From contig CAWFJP010000018.1 in NCBI GenBank assembly GCA_963816145.1, forward strand, positions 208,462 through 272,461: a DNA stretch of 64,000 nt, in the 5' to 3' direction. Of this stretch, positions 40,088 through 50,221 are shown piece after piece. The position numbers and the translations under genes are program-made. Below the pieces are notes generated by a model, which was not told the origin of the DNA, did not search any database, and saw only the letters and a list, made by a program, of their open reading frames with translations. This DNA comes from an uncultured delta proteobacterium (GTDB lineage Bacteria; Desulfobacterota; Binatia; UBA9968). Position 1 is the first letter of the stretch. Each line of letters opens with the position of its first letter.

Positions 40088-40768
40088 ATGCGCAAGAAAA
40101 TCTTCACTTGGCTGGGCCACGAGTTCATCGAGTTGTCTGGAGAAGCTACCGCCGGCGTCGATGCCGCAGGCGAAGCGCGTGAGCTTTTTCAGCGCGTCGA
40201 CCATGAGCTCCGCGCCCACGGCATGTCCCTCGACAACACCGTGCGCAGCCGCCTCTGGGGACGGGACCGCGCCAGCCGCGATGGCGGTAGCAATGAACGC
40301 GTTAAAGCGCTTTCCGGCAAGGCGCGCTCGGCAAGCTCCAGTTACATCGCGCCGGGCCGTTTCGATTCTCCAGCCAAGGTCGCGGTCGACTTGCTCGCCA
40401 TGCGCCCGTCCAGCGCGGACCAAACCAAACAAATCGTCGAGTATAATCCACCGATCGTGCCGATCCGCTTTCTGGTTTACGACTCGGTGGTGGTGCTATC
40501 CGGTGTGACCACCGTACTGCCGACGTTGGCCGACCAGTTCGACAACATTTTGCCGCGCATCAGCGGCTCCCTTGCCGACGCGGGCAGTTCCTGGGACAAG
40601 GTCGCGCAAGTTTCATTCTACCTGCACCGCAGCCAGGATTTAGCGAATCTGAAAAAGCTCTTTTCCGCCCGAGTTTCAGCGCAAATCCCGAGGATGGAGT
40701 ATGTCATCGTCGACGGCTACTCCTCCGAGGGAAAATTCTGCGAAGTGGAAGTAACCGCGCTACGGTAA
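40088..40768 (+). CDS. Tandem RidA/YjgF-like protein
   Basis: Two repeats of L...G.S.D..V...(.)..R/H, ending CEVEVTA. AAGGAG RBS. Confidence 0.7.
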   Translation: MRKKIFTWLGHEFIELSGEATAGVDAAGEARELFQRVDHELRAHGMSLDNTVRSRLWGRDRASRDGGSNERVKALSGKARSASSSYIAPGRFDSPAKVAVDLLAMRPSSADQTKQIVEYNPPIVPIRFLVYDSVVVLSGVTTVLPTLADQFDNILPRISGSLADAGSSWDKVAQVSFYLHRSQDLANLKKLFSARVSAQIPRMEYVIVDGYSSEGKFCEVEVTALR

Positions 40769-40871
40769 GCGCAGGACGGTAACTAAATGCGAAAACTTTT
40801 ATTACCACGAAGGCACGCAGAGCACGAGGGTCTCGGAAAAATGATTTTACCTTCGCGTCCTTCGCGCCTTC

Positions 40872-41003
40872 GAGACTGTGTCGCAACTGTCATTTCGAGG
40901 TGAAGCCGAGAAATCTCTTCTTCGTATGTGGCTGAAAACACGAGATCCCTCGCTGCGCTCGGGATGACAAATGTGGGGCATTTGCGCATTACGACACAGC
41001 CTC
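40872..41003. mobile_element. MITE copy 2 (132 bp), inserted in a family B repeat
   Basis: ttc|GAGACTGTGTCGCAA...TTACGACACAGCCTC|atc. The duplication is imperfect. Confidence 0.85.
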
Positions 41004-41077
41004 ATCGTGGTGAAATCAGAGTCTTCAGTCACGATTAAATCGACACCAACAACACCTTAGGAATCGAGACGCAATCC

Positions 41078-42067
41078 ATGACAACACTCCCTTTCAAAAT
41101 CGCCATTCTCGATGACTTCGAGAAGGTCGCCGACACCGTGCCGGCCTACGCCAAGCTCAAGGCCCGCGCCGATATCACGCTCTTACGCGAACGGCTCGAT
41201 TCCAGCGAGAAGATCGTCCAGCGTTTACGCGAGTTTGATGCGCTGCTGCTCATGCGCGAAAGGACGTTTTTTAGCGACAAGGAGTACAGCGAGCTGCCGA
41301 AGTTGAAGTTTATTTCGCAAACCGGCCGCACCAGCGTGCATCTTGACCTCGCCAACGCTACCAAGCGCGGCATCGTGATTTCCAGCACGCCCAGCGACAG
41401 CGGCGCTGCGACCAAGGAACTCACCATCGGTTTAATCTTGTCCTTGGTGCGAAAAATACCGCAAATCAACTTGCGCATGCGCGAGGAACTCTGGCCGGCG
41501 GTAACCGGCACCTTGCTCGAAGGCAAAACCGTCGGCGTGTTGGGACTCGGCCGCATCGGCAGAGAAGTCGCGCGCGTCATGAAAGCTCTCAATACCCGTG
41601 TGCTGGGCTATTCACGCAAGTTGACCGCCGAAAAAGCCGCCGAGGTCGGCGCCGAGTCGGTCCCCATGGAAACCCTGCTGCGCGAATCGGACATCGTCAC
41701 GCTGCATGTCCACTTCGGCGAACAGACCCGTGGCCTGATCGGCGAAAAAGAGTTGGCCCTGATGAAGCGAGGTGCGTTTCTCGTCAACACCGGGCGCGGC
41801 CCGCTGGTGGTAGAACAAGCGATGCTGAAGGCGCTCGAGAGCGGTCAATTAGGCGGCGTTGGACTCGACGTCTACGACGTCGAACCGCTGCCGATGGATC
41901 ACCCGCTGCGCCGCTTCGATAATGCGATTCTGATGTCCCACCGCGGCTACACCACCATGGAAATCTTGAGCGAGCGCTACGAGCAAGCGATTACCAATAT
42001 CCTGGATTATCTCGACGGCAAAGAGATCAAGCTAATCAACCCTGATGTGGTCCCGCGCCGGCCGTGA
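41078..42067 (+). CDS. D-2-hydroxyacid dehydrogenase family protein
   Basis: GLGRIG, LMK.GAFLVNTGRG, LDVYDVEPL and SH.GY. Confidence 0.9.
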   Translation: MTTLPFKIAILDDFEKVADTVPAYAKLKARADITLLRERLDSSEKIVQRLREFDALLLMRERTFFSDKEYSELPKLKFISQTGRTSVHLDLANATKRGIVISSTPSDSGAATKELTIGLILSLVRKIPQINLRMREELWPAVTGTLLEGKTVGVLGLGRIGREVARVMKALNTRVLGYSRKLTAEKAAEVGAESVPMETLLRESDIVTLHVHFGEQTRGLIGEKELALMKRGAFLVNTGRGPLVVEQAMLKALESGQLGGVGLDVYDVEPLPMDHPLRRFDNAILMSHRGYTTMEILSERYEQAITNILDYLDGKEIKLINPDVVPRRP

Positions 42068-42114
42068 TTCCACTGATCGGGTTAAGTCATCGAACCGCTT
42101 GAGGTTCCACAATT

Positions 42115-42750
42115 GTGGCTGTTAAACTCTCCAAGCAAGAAATCGCCAAAACATCCGCCATCACCATCAGTCATTACGACCAACGCGCCGCGATCTTCTG
42201 GTGTGACACCCGAGATCATGACGTCAGCCAGAATATTGCGGCTTTATTGCAGGCCATCATTGGCGCGCCACCCTTTCGCATCCTCGATTTTGGCTGCGGT
42301 CCCGGCCGCGACTTGAAAGCGTTTAAAGACCTGGGGCACGAGCCTATCGGTCTCGATGGCTCGGCACGCTTTGCCGAAATGGCCCGGGAATTCAGCGGCT
42401 GCGCTGTGTGGCATCAGGATTTTTTGACGCTTGATTTACCCGCCGACTATTTCGACGGTATATTCGCCAACGCCTCGCTTTTCCATGTGCCAAGCCAAGA
42501 ATTACCGCGCGTGTTGAAAGAACTTTACGCGACAACGAAACCCAACGGCGTGCTGTTCAGCTCCAATCCGCGCGGCGATAATCAGGAGGGATGGAACGGC
42601 GAGCGCTATGGCGCATATTACGATTGGCAAACCTGGCGCGAGCGGGTGACCGCTGCCGGCTTTAATGAAATCGGTCACTACTACCGTCCAACGGGATTGC
42701 CGCGCGAACAACAACCGTGGCTGGCATCGCTCTGGCGCAAACCCGCATAA
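42115..42750 (+). CDS. Class I SAM-dependent methyltransferase
   Basis: ILDFGCGPGRD, FDGIFANASLFH and KPNG. Confidence 0.88.
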   Translation: MAVKLSKQEIAKTSAITISHYDQRAAIFWCDTRDHDVSQNIAALLQAIIGAPPFRILDFGCGPGRDLKAFKDLGHEPIGLDGSARFAEMAREFSGCAVWHQDFLTLDLPADYFDGIFANASLFHVPSQELPRVLKELYATTKPNGVLFSSNPRGDNQEGWNGERYGAYYDWQTWRERVTAAGFNEIGHYYRPTGLPREQQPWLASLWRKPA

Positions 42751-42877
42751 CCCATTCTCTTGGACTATCGCCTCGTGCCTGTTGCCTATTGCCTTTTATC
42801 AACAATTGACAGCCGCACTGTCTATCTATTAAGGTGCGGTTATATCTCAGAGCTAGTCCGATAAGGAGGATCGACCA

Positions 42878-43930
42878 ATGGCCTTTGTAAGTGATCTCAT
42901 CATTTCATCCGACTCTCACGTCATGGAACCGGTAGACTTGTGGAAAAAGGGCGTCTCGGAAAAATACCGCGACACGGCGCCGCTTTTTCCGCCGCATCAA
43001 GTCGGCGAAGGTTTCCAGCAACACGCCGGCGGTTGGGACGCCAAAGCGCGCATGCGCGAAATGGAAGCCGATGGCTTGAGTGCCGAGGTGCTTTACCCTA
43101 CCTTGGGTCTTGATCTCTTCGGTCTCGACGATGCCGGTTTGCAGGAAGAATGTTTTCGCGTTTACAACGATTGGCTGATCGACTATTGCAGCACCGACAC
43201 AACCCGCCTGATCGGCATTCCCGCCATTGCGGTTTACAACGTCGACAACGGCATCAAGGAACTCGAGCGCTGCCGCAAGGCCGGGTTGAAAGGGGCGATC
43301 ATCTGGCAGGCGCCGCACAAAGATCTACCCTTCACCTCCGACCATTATGAAAAGTTCTGGTCGGCTTGCGAAGAGTTGGACGCGCCGGTGAGCCTGCATA
43401 TCTTGACCGGCCACAGCTACAACAAGGACAAGAATCGCAAGGGCGTCGAGCGCTATCGTGGCAGCGTCAACTTAAAACTCATGGACATCGCCAATGCGCT
43501 CTTCGAGCTGGTATTCTGCGGTGTGCTTGAGCGACATCCCAAGCTCAAAATCGTCTCGGTGGAAAACGAGTCCGGCTGGATGCCCTGGATCTTCCAGCAG
43601 TGGGACTACTACTACAACCGCTTCAAGAAGGAGAACCCGCCGGCCTTCTCTCGCAACCCGAGCAGCTACGTCAAGGATCAGATCTACGCCTGCTTCTTCA
43701 ACGACCATGTGTGCGGCGAGAATCTCGCCTTCTGGGGCCAGGACAACATCATGTGGTCCAATGACTTCCCCCATCCCAATTCGACCTGGCCGAACTCGAT
43801 CAAGATCATCCAACGCGATCTCGGCCATCTGCCGGAAGAAACCCAGCGTAAAGTCGTGTGCGACAACGTCTGCCGGCTCTACGACATCGACGCGTCGAAA
43901 CTACCGCGGGTGCAAAAACAAGCGGCGTAA
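42878..43930 (+). CDS. Amidohydrolase family 2 protein
   Basis: ISSDSH, YNDW, SLH and WSNDFPH. AGGAGG RBS with TTGACA upstream. Confidence 0.88.
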   Translation: MAFVSDLIISSDSHVMEPVDLWKKGVSEKYRDTAPLFPPHQVGEGFQQHAGGWDAKARMREMEADGLSAEVLYPTLGLDLFGLDDAGLQEECFRVYNDWLIDYCSTDTTRLIGIPAIAVYNVDNGIKELERCRKAGLKGAIIWQAPHKDLPFTSDHYEKFWSACEELDAPVSLHILTGHSYNKDKNRKGVERYRGSVNLKLMDIANALFELVFCGVLERHPKLKIVSVENESGWMPWIFQQWDYYYNRFKKENPPAFSRNPSSYVKDQIYACFFNDHVCGENLAFWGQDNIMWSNDFPHPNSTWPNSIKIIQRDLGHLPEETQRKVVCDNVCRLYDIDASKLPRVQKQAA

Positions 43931-43956
43931 CACGCCATAAGTTAGAGATGGGAAAT

Positions 43957-43985
43957 GTGGGGGCGGGTTTGAAACCCGCCCCTAC
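43957..43985. repeat. GTAG-type REP palindrome
   Basis: GTGGGGGCGGGTTTGAAACCCGCCCCTAC. Another GTAG-type unit lies at 44591-44620. Confidence 0.7.
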
Positions 43986-44006
43986 GCATTTGGAGCGCAA
44001 AGACCG

Positions 44007-44567
44007 ATGACCTACTCACTGCAACAATTCATCAAAGACCTCACCAGCATCACCGACCGCTACCAAGAGCAAGAGAAAATCGTCGCCGTGGCGAAACCGC
44101 TGCTTGCTGAACTGGTCAAAAATCCTGACTGCATCGAAGCGCGGTTCAAACACCATGGCGGCAAAGCCTATGGCCGCTACATGCTGCACCGCGCGCCGCG
44201 TTTCAACGTCACCTCGGTGGTCTGGGGCCCCGGCGACGGCGCTAAAGCGCATAACCATGACACCTGGGGCTTGGTCGGCGTCGTCGAAAACGAACTGCAA
44301 GAAACTCGCTTCAAGCGCCGCGACGACGGCAGCAAGGAAGGTTACGCCGAATTAGCAGCATCCGGGGTGAATCAGAACCAAGCGGGCATGGTCTCGACGC
44401 TGATAGCCCCGGAAGACGACATCCACGAGATGCTCAACATAACGCAAAAAAATACCGTCGAAGTTCATGTCTACGGCATAGACTTAGCCAATTATCAGCG
44501 GCTGCAATTCGACGTCGCCAATAAATCAGTGAAGTTTTTTGCCAGCGCCAAGTATGATAACTGCTAA
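44007..44567 (+). CDS. Cysteine/thiol dioxygenase family protein
   Basis: YGRYML, WGPG, HNH.TWG, DIH and VHVYG (3-His facial triad and His-Tyr). Confidence 0.82.
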   Translation: MTYSLQQFIKDLTSITDRYQEQEKIVAVAKPLLAELVKNPDCIEARFKHHGGKAYGRYMLHRAPRFNVTSVVWGPGDGAKAHNHDTWGLVGVVENELQETRFKRRDDGSKEGYAELAASGVNQNQAGMVSTLIAPEDDIHEMLNITQKNTVEVHVYGIDLANYQRLQFDVANKSVKFFASAKYDNC

Positions 44568-44631
44568 GGTATAGGATGAACTGACTCACGGTAGGATGGG
44601 TCGAGCGTAGCGATACCCATTGTTCCGACGC

Positions 44632-46185
44632 TTAGTGTTTCAGCTTCAGTTCCCAATTCAAATAATTCAGCATGTCTTGTTTGCTGCCGCGGATCGACGG
44701 CGACAAAACGACGTCGTTGGGTTTGACTAGACAGTCATCGAGTCCGGCGGCGGTTTGAAGTCCCGCAGCCAACCAGCGCCGAGCGCCGCCGTCGAGAACC
44801 AGGACATCGCTGTAACCGACTTGGCCGAGCTGGCGCGCCGCCAAAATCGATTGCCGTCCATCGGCACAGGTCAACACAATCCGCTGTGCGCGATCTGAAA
44901 ATAGCTCCGGCACTTTGACGTCGATCCAGCCGCGGGAAATCCACTTGGCTCCGGGAATGTGAGCGTTTTCGAAATCCAAACTGGAACCGACATCGAGAAT
45001 CAACGCCGCTTCCGCGTTTAGTTTTCGTAGCTCCGCCGCGGCGATAATCCGCGCGCTGCGCTGGGCTGATTCGAACCCTAACGGCGCCGCTATATCTGCA
45101 CCGGAAACTAATGGCCTCGCACCCGCCCGCCACGCTTCCAAGCCGCCTTGCAGCACGCTGACGTTCTTGAATCCCATCTGCCGGTACCAATACGCCGCCA
45201 TCACCGCACGCGCCGATTGGTTGCTGACGAAAACGATGCAACCATTGCGCACTGGCACGAAATCATCGGCACGCTGCACCGCCTGGCCGCCCGGCACGTT
45301 GATAGACCCCTCAATATGAGCGGAAGCAAACTCCGGCTCGGATCGCACATCGATCAGATAAATGACCGCGTCAACGGGATCCTCGACCAATCGCGCAAGA
45401 TCTTCTGCCGTGATCCACGCAAGCTTTTCATCCGCTGCGATCTGCATTGCCGCCGCGATCGCTTTGTTGCTGCTTTGCGGCGCAGCGGCGTGCCGTGACG
45501 GCTTCGATTCCAAATCATAACCGGCCAACACCCAGCCCATCGTGCCGTTTCGCAGCGCCCACACATTGGTCAGGCCAAGCCGGCGCAGCGCCGCCGTGCC
45601 AATGATGCTCCGTGTCCGGCCGGCACAGTTGACGACTACGGCCGGCTTATTGCGCAAGGCTTCAGCCCAGAGTATCAATTCACCGCCCGGCACATTGATG
45701 CCGCCGGGAATACAAAATCTGCCGTACTCCTCGGGCGTGCGCACGTCGACGATCGTCAGATCGCGGTTACTATCGAGCAACGCTTTCAACTCCTCAGGTG
45801 ACAGGTCGGGAACATCACGGTCGTGGTGCACGCGCTCGCCAAACGCCTTACTCGGCACGTTGACGCCGCTGGCGGTCTCGCGCCCATCGGATTGCCAGGC
45901 GCTTAACCCACCCTGTAGAATCGAAACATCCAGATAATCCAGGTCAGTCAAAGTGCCGGCCGCCAATTCCGCGCGGTTCCCGCCCTCGTCATAAACAACA
46001 ATCGGCACCTTGCGATTGGGCACCAATGCGCCGATACGAAACTCGATCTGACTGCGCGGTAAAGAAGTGGTATTGGCAATCTGCCCTTGGTTGTATTCGC
46101 CGCGCTCGCGTACGTCGAAGACTGCGAACAAGCGATCGGATGTCATCAATGCCGCGGTATCAGCCGGCGATATGGTTTTGATCAT
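44632..46185 (-). CDS. Four-domain rhodanese-like sulfurtransferase
   Basis: Four DV[R/G]...[EF]...HI.G repeats, NVPSKAFGE and VNCAGRTRS. Confidence 0.88.
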   Translation of the reverse strand: MIKTISPADTAALMTSDRLFAVFDVRERGEYNQGQIANTTSLPRSQIEFRIGALVPNRKVPIVVYDEGGNRAELAAGTLTDLDYLDVSILQGGLSAWQSDGRETASGVNVPSKAFGERVHHDRDVPDLSPEELKALLDSNRDLTIVDVRTPEEYGRFCIPGGINVPGGELILWAEALRNKPAVVVNCAGRTRSIIGTAALRRLGLTNVWALRNGTMGWVLAGYDLESKPSRHAAAPQSSNKAIAAAMQIAADEKLAWITAEDLARLVEDPVDAVIYLIDVRSEPEFASAHIEGSINVPGGQAVQRADDFVPVRNGCIVFVSNQSARAVMAAYWYRQMGFKNVSVLQGGLEAWRAGARPLVSGADIAAPLGFESAQRSARIIAAAELRKLNAEAALILDVGSSLDFENAHIPGAKWISRGWIDVKVPELFSDRAQRIVLTCADGRQSILAARQLGQVGYSDVLVLDGGARRWLAAGLQTAAGLDDCLVKPNDVVLSPSIRGSKQDMLNYLNWELKLKH

Positions 46186-46284
46186 AACTTGAATTTATCC
46201 CAACCCGAATGAAACTTGAACCCACTGGCGGTTTCTGTTCTACTTGGGTCTGCGGCAAATTTAAGCGCACTTCTGGAGGATCCC

Positions 46285-47244
46285 ATGGCAGCGATTCATG
46301 AAAAGTTCAGCGGTCTATTTATCCCGTATGTCACCCCGTTTAACCAAGATGGTTCCCTGGATGGCGAAAGTCTCTCGCGCCTGACGAAACACTTCGCCGC
46401 TCTGCCCGGCGTCGCCGGTCTAGTGTCCTGCGCGCGCATTGGCGAAAGCCCGGTCTTAAGCATTCAGGAAAAGCGCCAGGTGTACGAAGTCTGCGGCAAG
46501 ATCGCCCGCGACGCCGGCAAAGTCCATATCGCCGCCATCGCGCCCCAATCCACCGACGAAGCGGTCGCGCTCATGCGCGATCTGGAGAATCTCGCCGTCG
46601 ACGGCGTGATGATTTTTCCACCGCTGCTGTTTTCCTGGGGCAAGGTCGATAACAACTTAAAAGTCCGCTTCTTTGAAGACTTGGCGCGCGAGACCAAGCT
46701 CCCGGTCGTGCTATTTCAGATCCCGGTGAAAAGCTACTACTACGATCCCGACACTATCTGCCGCATCGCCAGGCTGGACAACGTCGTCGCCTTTAAAGAA
46801 GCATCCTTCGACATCGAGCTGTTTACCAACACCGCAAAGCAGTTGCAGCGTGACAAATCCCCCATGCGCATTCTAACCGGCAACGATCGTTTCGTCGCCG
46901 AGAGTTATCAGTTGGGCGCCCACGGCGCGCTCATCGGCGTCGCCAACGTCGCCACCGAGAAATGGGGCGCCATGGACTTCGCCGGCCGCGCCGGCAAGTT
47001 CGACGAGGCGTTTCGAATTCAGAAAGAACTAGAGTCGGTGAAAGAACTGGTCTTCAGCGAACCGATCGTCGAAGCGGTGGCGCGCATCAAAGCGGTCCTG
47101 CACTACGAAGGCTTAATCAAGACCGCCACCGTGCGCCGGCCGCAATTAGGCATCTCCGAAGCGGAAAAGAAACAACTACTGGAAAGCTACCGCGCCCTCA
47201 AGAACAACGAGTTCCGCCCCCAAAGCGCCCATCAAGCGGCGTAG
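46285..47244 (+). CDS. DapA/NAL-family class I aldolase
   Basis: VTPF..DG.LD, GE...LS..E, FKEAS (Schiff-base Lys) and LTGND. GGAGG RBS. Confidence 0.85.
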   Translation: MAAIHEKFSGLFIPYVTPFNQDGSLDGESLSRLTKHFAALPGVAGLVSCARIGESPVLSIQEKRQVYEVCGKIARDAGKVHIAAIAPQSTDEAVALMRDLENLAVDGVMIFPPLLFSWGKVDNNLKVRFFEDLARETKLPVVLFQIPVKSYYYDPDTICRIARLDNVVAFKEASFDIELFTNTAKQLQRDKSPMRILTGNDRFVAESYQLGAHGALIGVANVATEKWGAMDFAGRAGKFDEAFRIQKELESVKELVFSEPIVEAVARIKAVLHYEGLIKTATVRRPQLGISEAEKKQLLESYRALKNNEFRPQSAHQAA

Positions 47245-47363
47245 AAGAAAAAATTACCAGACATTTCACCACGAAGAGTACGAAGGTTGCGGAAATTTCA
47301 TTTCCGGACTTCGTGCTCTTCGTGACCTTCGTGGTGAATATGTATTTGCCTTATTCGCGGCTG

Positions 47364-48632
47364 TCACTCAGCCCCTCGGCTGGGAATCACCAAGGCGAAA
47401 AGCGCAGTCGTCACCGCCAATAACACCATGGCACTGATCGCCAGCGACCAGTGAATGCCGATCAACCCGCCGACGACGCCCACCGTGACGCCGCTGAAGG
47501 CGCGCAGGCCGTTGTTCGAGGTATTGAACAGGCCGATCAATCTACCGCGCAACTGCGGCGGCGCTTGCAACTGCACCAACGTCTGCGCCATCGAGAGAAA
47601 CGCCAAGTTGAGTACCCCGGAGCCGAATAGCAGCGCCAATGCGAGCATGTAGTTGGTCGCGGCGGCGAAGCCGACAATCGTAAGGCACCAGAGGATCGAA
47701 CAAATCGCCGCGTTGCGCGCATTAGCCTTGAGCCAACCGGTACCTTCCAGGAGCAGGCCTCCGGCCGCCGCGCCGGCGGCATTGGCGCCGAGTAACATGC
47801 TGTACGCCCAGTCTTGCTTATCGTGGCCGAAGTCATGGGCAAACTCCGGCATCTGCGCTTGAAATGCGTTACCCACGAGCAAGGACGTGGCGCCGCCCAA
47901 CAGGATCATCGAAAGGATCGTCGGATTGGACGCAGTTTCGCGTAAGAGTTGCAAAGCCCCCGCGAGGCTCACCCTGCCTGCCTTTGGCGCATTCGGTTCA
48001 TCCCGGCCATGGCCGGTGTAGGGCAGGATGAACAAGTAGAGAACTGCCGGCAGGTACATCAGTACATTGAGGAACAGTCCGGTCGGCCCGCCGAACAAGA
48101 GCATCGTCGCACCGCCTACGGCGGGACCGAATAGGATCGCAATGTTGCGCCCCGTGGAGTTCAAACGCACCGCGCTTTGTAAGTATTCGCGGCCGACGAT
48201 GTCGTGAATAATCAGTTGGCTGGCGGGTTGACCCAAAACGCCCGACAGACCGTGGAGCACCAGCAGCGCGCATGCACTCCACACTTCAATCGTGTCGGTA
48301 AGAAACAAGATACCCCAAGTGAGCGAAACCAAGCCATACATGGCTTGGGCAATTTGTATCAACCGGCGACAATCATAGCGATCGGCCAGGGCACCGAAGT
48401 AGACGGCAAAAAACAGAAACGGCGTCCAATGGCTGATGACGGCGAAGCCGGCGAGCACCGGCGAATGAAATTTTTGATAGAGCAGCCAATAGCTGATCAC
48501 ATGCTCGATGTTGTCGCCCATCTGCGCCAACATGAGGACGACAAAATATCGCCGGTAGTCGGCATGATGCAGCGCCGCGAAGGCAACCCGCCCTGCCGAT
48601 CGCTGGTTGGAAGATCGAGATTGATTAGCCAT
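47364..48632 (-). CDS. MFS transporter (paralog 3 of tandem triplet)
   Basis: DNIEHVISYW and ADRYDCR shared with neighbours. About 12 TM segments. Confidence 0.88.
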   Translation of the reverse strand: MANQSRSSNQRSAGRVAFAALHHADYRRYFVVLMLAQMGDNIEHVISYWLLYQKFHSPVLAGFAVISHWTPFLFFAVYFGALADRYDCRRLIQIAQAMYGLVSLTWGILFLTDTIEVWSACALLVLHGLSGVLGQPASQLIIHDIVGREYLQSAVRLNSTGRNIAILFGPAVGGATMLLFGGPTGLFLNVLMYLPAVLYLFILPYTGHGRDEPNAPKAGRVSLAGALQLLRETASNPTILSMILLGGATSLLVGNAFQAQMPEFAHDFGHDKQDWAYSMLLGANAAGAAAGGLLLEGTGWLKANARNAAICSILWCLTIVGFAAATNYMLALALLFGSGVLNLAFLSMAQTLVQLQAPPQLRGRLIGLFNTSNNGLRAFSGVTVGVVGGLIGIHWSLAISAMVLLAVTTALFALVIPSRGAE

Positions 48633-48729
48633 GGTCAGGAAATAAGCCAAGGATGGCGGCGGAAGTATGAATGACGAAATTCAGCTTCGGAGGCTTTCGC
48701 CTTCAACTTCAACCCTCCGCTCTCATCCT

Positions 48730-49992
48730 TCACCCTTGAACGACCTTCTCCTTCCGCGGTCCCGGTACTGCAAACGCGAACAACGCCAGCGTGATCGCCA
48801 TCAGCACCATCGCGCTCAACGCTAGCGACCAGTGCACACCGATCAAGCCGCCGGCGACGCCGACCGTGACGCCGCTGAAGGCCTTGAATCCCATGCTGGT
48901 CATGGAAAAAAGACCGATCACGCGGCCGCGCAGTTGCGCCGGCGAGCCCAGCTGCACAATCGTCTGGGCCATCGACGAGAAGGTCAGATTCAACACACCG
49001 GCGACAAACAGCAGCGCCAACGATAAATAGTAATTGGACGACAGCGCGAACGCCGCGATGGCGGCGCACCAGAGGATCGCGCTCGAGATCGCCGTCTTGA
49101 CATTGGGCGGCAACCAGGATCGCCCTTCGAGTAAGAAGCCGCCGACCACAGCACCTGCGGCGTTGGCGCCAAGCAACGCGCTGTAAGCAAAGTTGGCTTT
49201 ATCGGTGCCGAGGTCATGGGCAAATTCGGGCATGGTCGCTTGAAACGCCGAGCCGACGAAGAACGACACGCAGCCGCCCAAAACCACCATGGTCGTGACC
49301 GGCCGGTTGCTCGACACCTTGCGGATCACCTCGAAGGCGTCGCCCCAGCTGATCGCCCGCCGCGCCGGCGCGGCGCCTTCCCGGCTATGGCCGGTGTAAG
49401 GCACCGAAAGAAGCCATAAGGTTAGCGGCAGATAGATCAGCGTGTTGACCACCAACCCTACCGGCGGACTGAACATCAACATCAAACCGCCACCCACTGC
49501 CGGTCCGAATAGAATTCCCAGCTGCCGGCTCGTCGAGTTGAGCCGGATCGCACTCTGCAACTGCTCGCGGCCGACGATATCGTGAATCAGCAGCTGGCTG
49601 CCCGGCCCCCAAAGCACGCCCGCCATGCCATGAATCACCAGCAACACACAGGCTTGCCAGACTTGAATGGTATCGGTCCAAAAAAGAATAGCCCACGCCG
49701 CCGACACACCCATGTACATGATCTGCGCTACCTGAATCACTTTGCGGCAATCGTAGCGGTCCGCCATGGCGCCAAAATAGACGGCGAAAAGCAAAAACGG
49801 CGTCCAGTGACTGAGCACGGCGAAACCGGCCAACACCGGCGATTTGAATTTCTCGTAGAGCAGCCAGTAACTGATCACATGCTCTATGTTATCGGCCATC
49901 ATGGCCAACGCCGTGGTCCAAAAATAGCTTCGAAAATCCCTGTGATGTAGTGCGGCGAAAGGAAACTTCTTGTCGGATTCAGCAGATGCCAA
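48730..49992 (-). CDS. MFS transporter (paralog 2)
   Basis: Same motifs as its neighbours. TTG start. Confidence 0.88.
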   Translation of the reverse strand: MASAESDKKFPFAALHHRDFRSYFWTTALAMMADNIEHVISYWLLYEKFKSPVLAGFAVLSHWTPFLLFAVYFGAMADRYDCRKVIQVAQIMYMGVSAAWAILFWTDTIQVWQACVLLVIHGMAGVLWGPGSQLLIHDIVGREQLQSAIRLNSTSRQLGILFGPAVGGGLMLMFSPPVGLVVNTLIYLPLTLWLLSVPYTGHSREGAAPARRAISWGDAFEVIRKVSSNRPVTTMVVLGGCVSFFVGSAFQATMPEFAHDLGTDKANFAYSALLGANAAGAVVGGFLLEGRSWLPPNVKTAISSAILWCAAIAAFALSSNYYLSLALLFVAGVLNLTFSSMAQTIVQLGSPAQLRGRVIGLFSMTSMGFKAFSGVTVGVAGGLIGVHWSLALSAMVLMAITLALFAFAVPGPRKEKVVQG

Positions 49993-50221
49993 TACGGTGC
50001 TCCAAATTGCTCAGACTAAATCCGGACAGTAACCAATATCGAATAACGACGCAAACCACCGGACGGCAATCTTAAATTCGTCATTCCGGCGCACGCCGGA
50101 ATCCAGGCCTTTTGTTGTTAGCGCTGAAATTCGCCGGCGAAGATGTCTGCCGGTCTTCACCGTCATGGCGGAGCTTCACTCAGGGGACGATGAAAAGTTT
50201 ACTACGAATGCGCACGATCAC

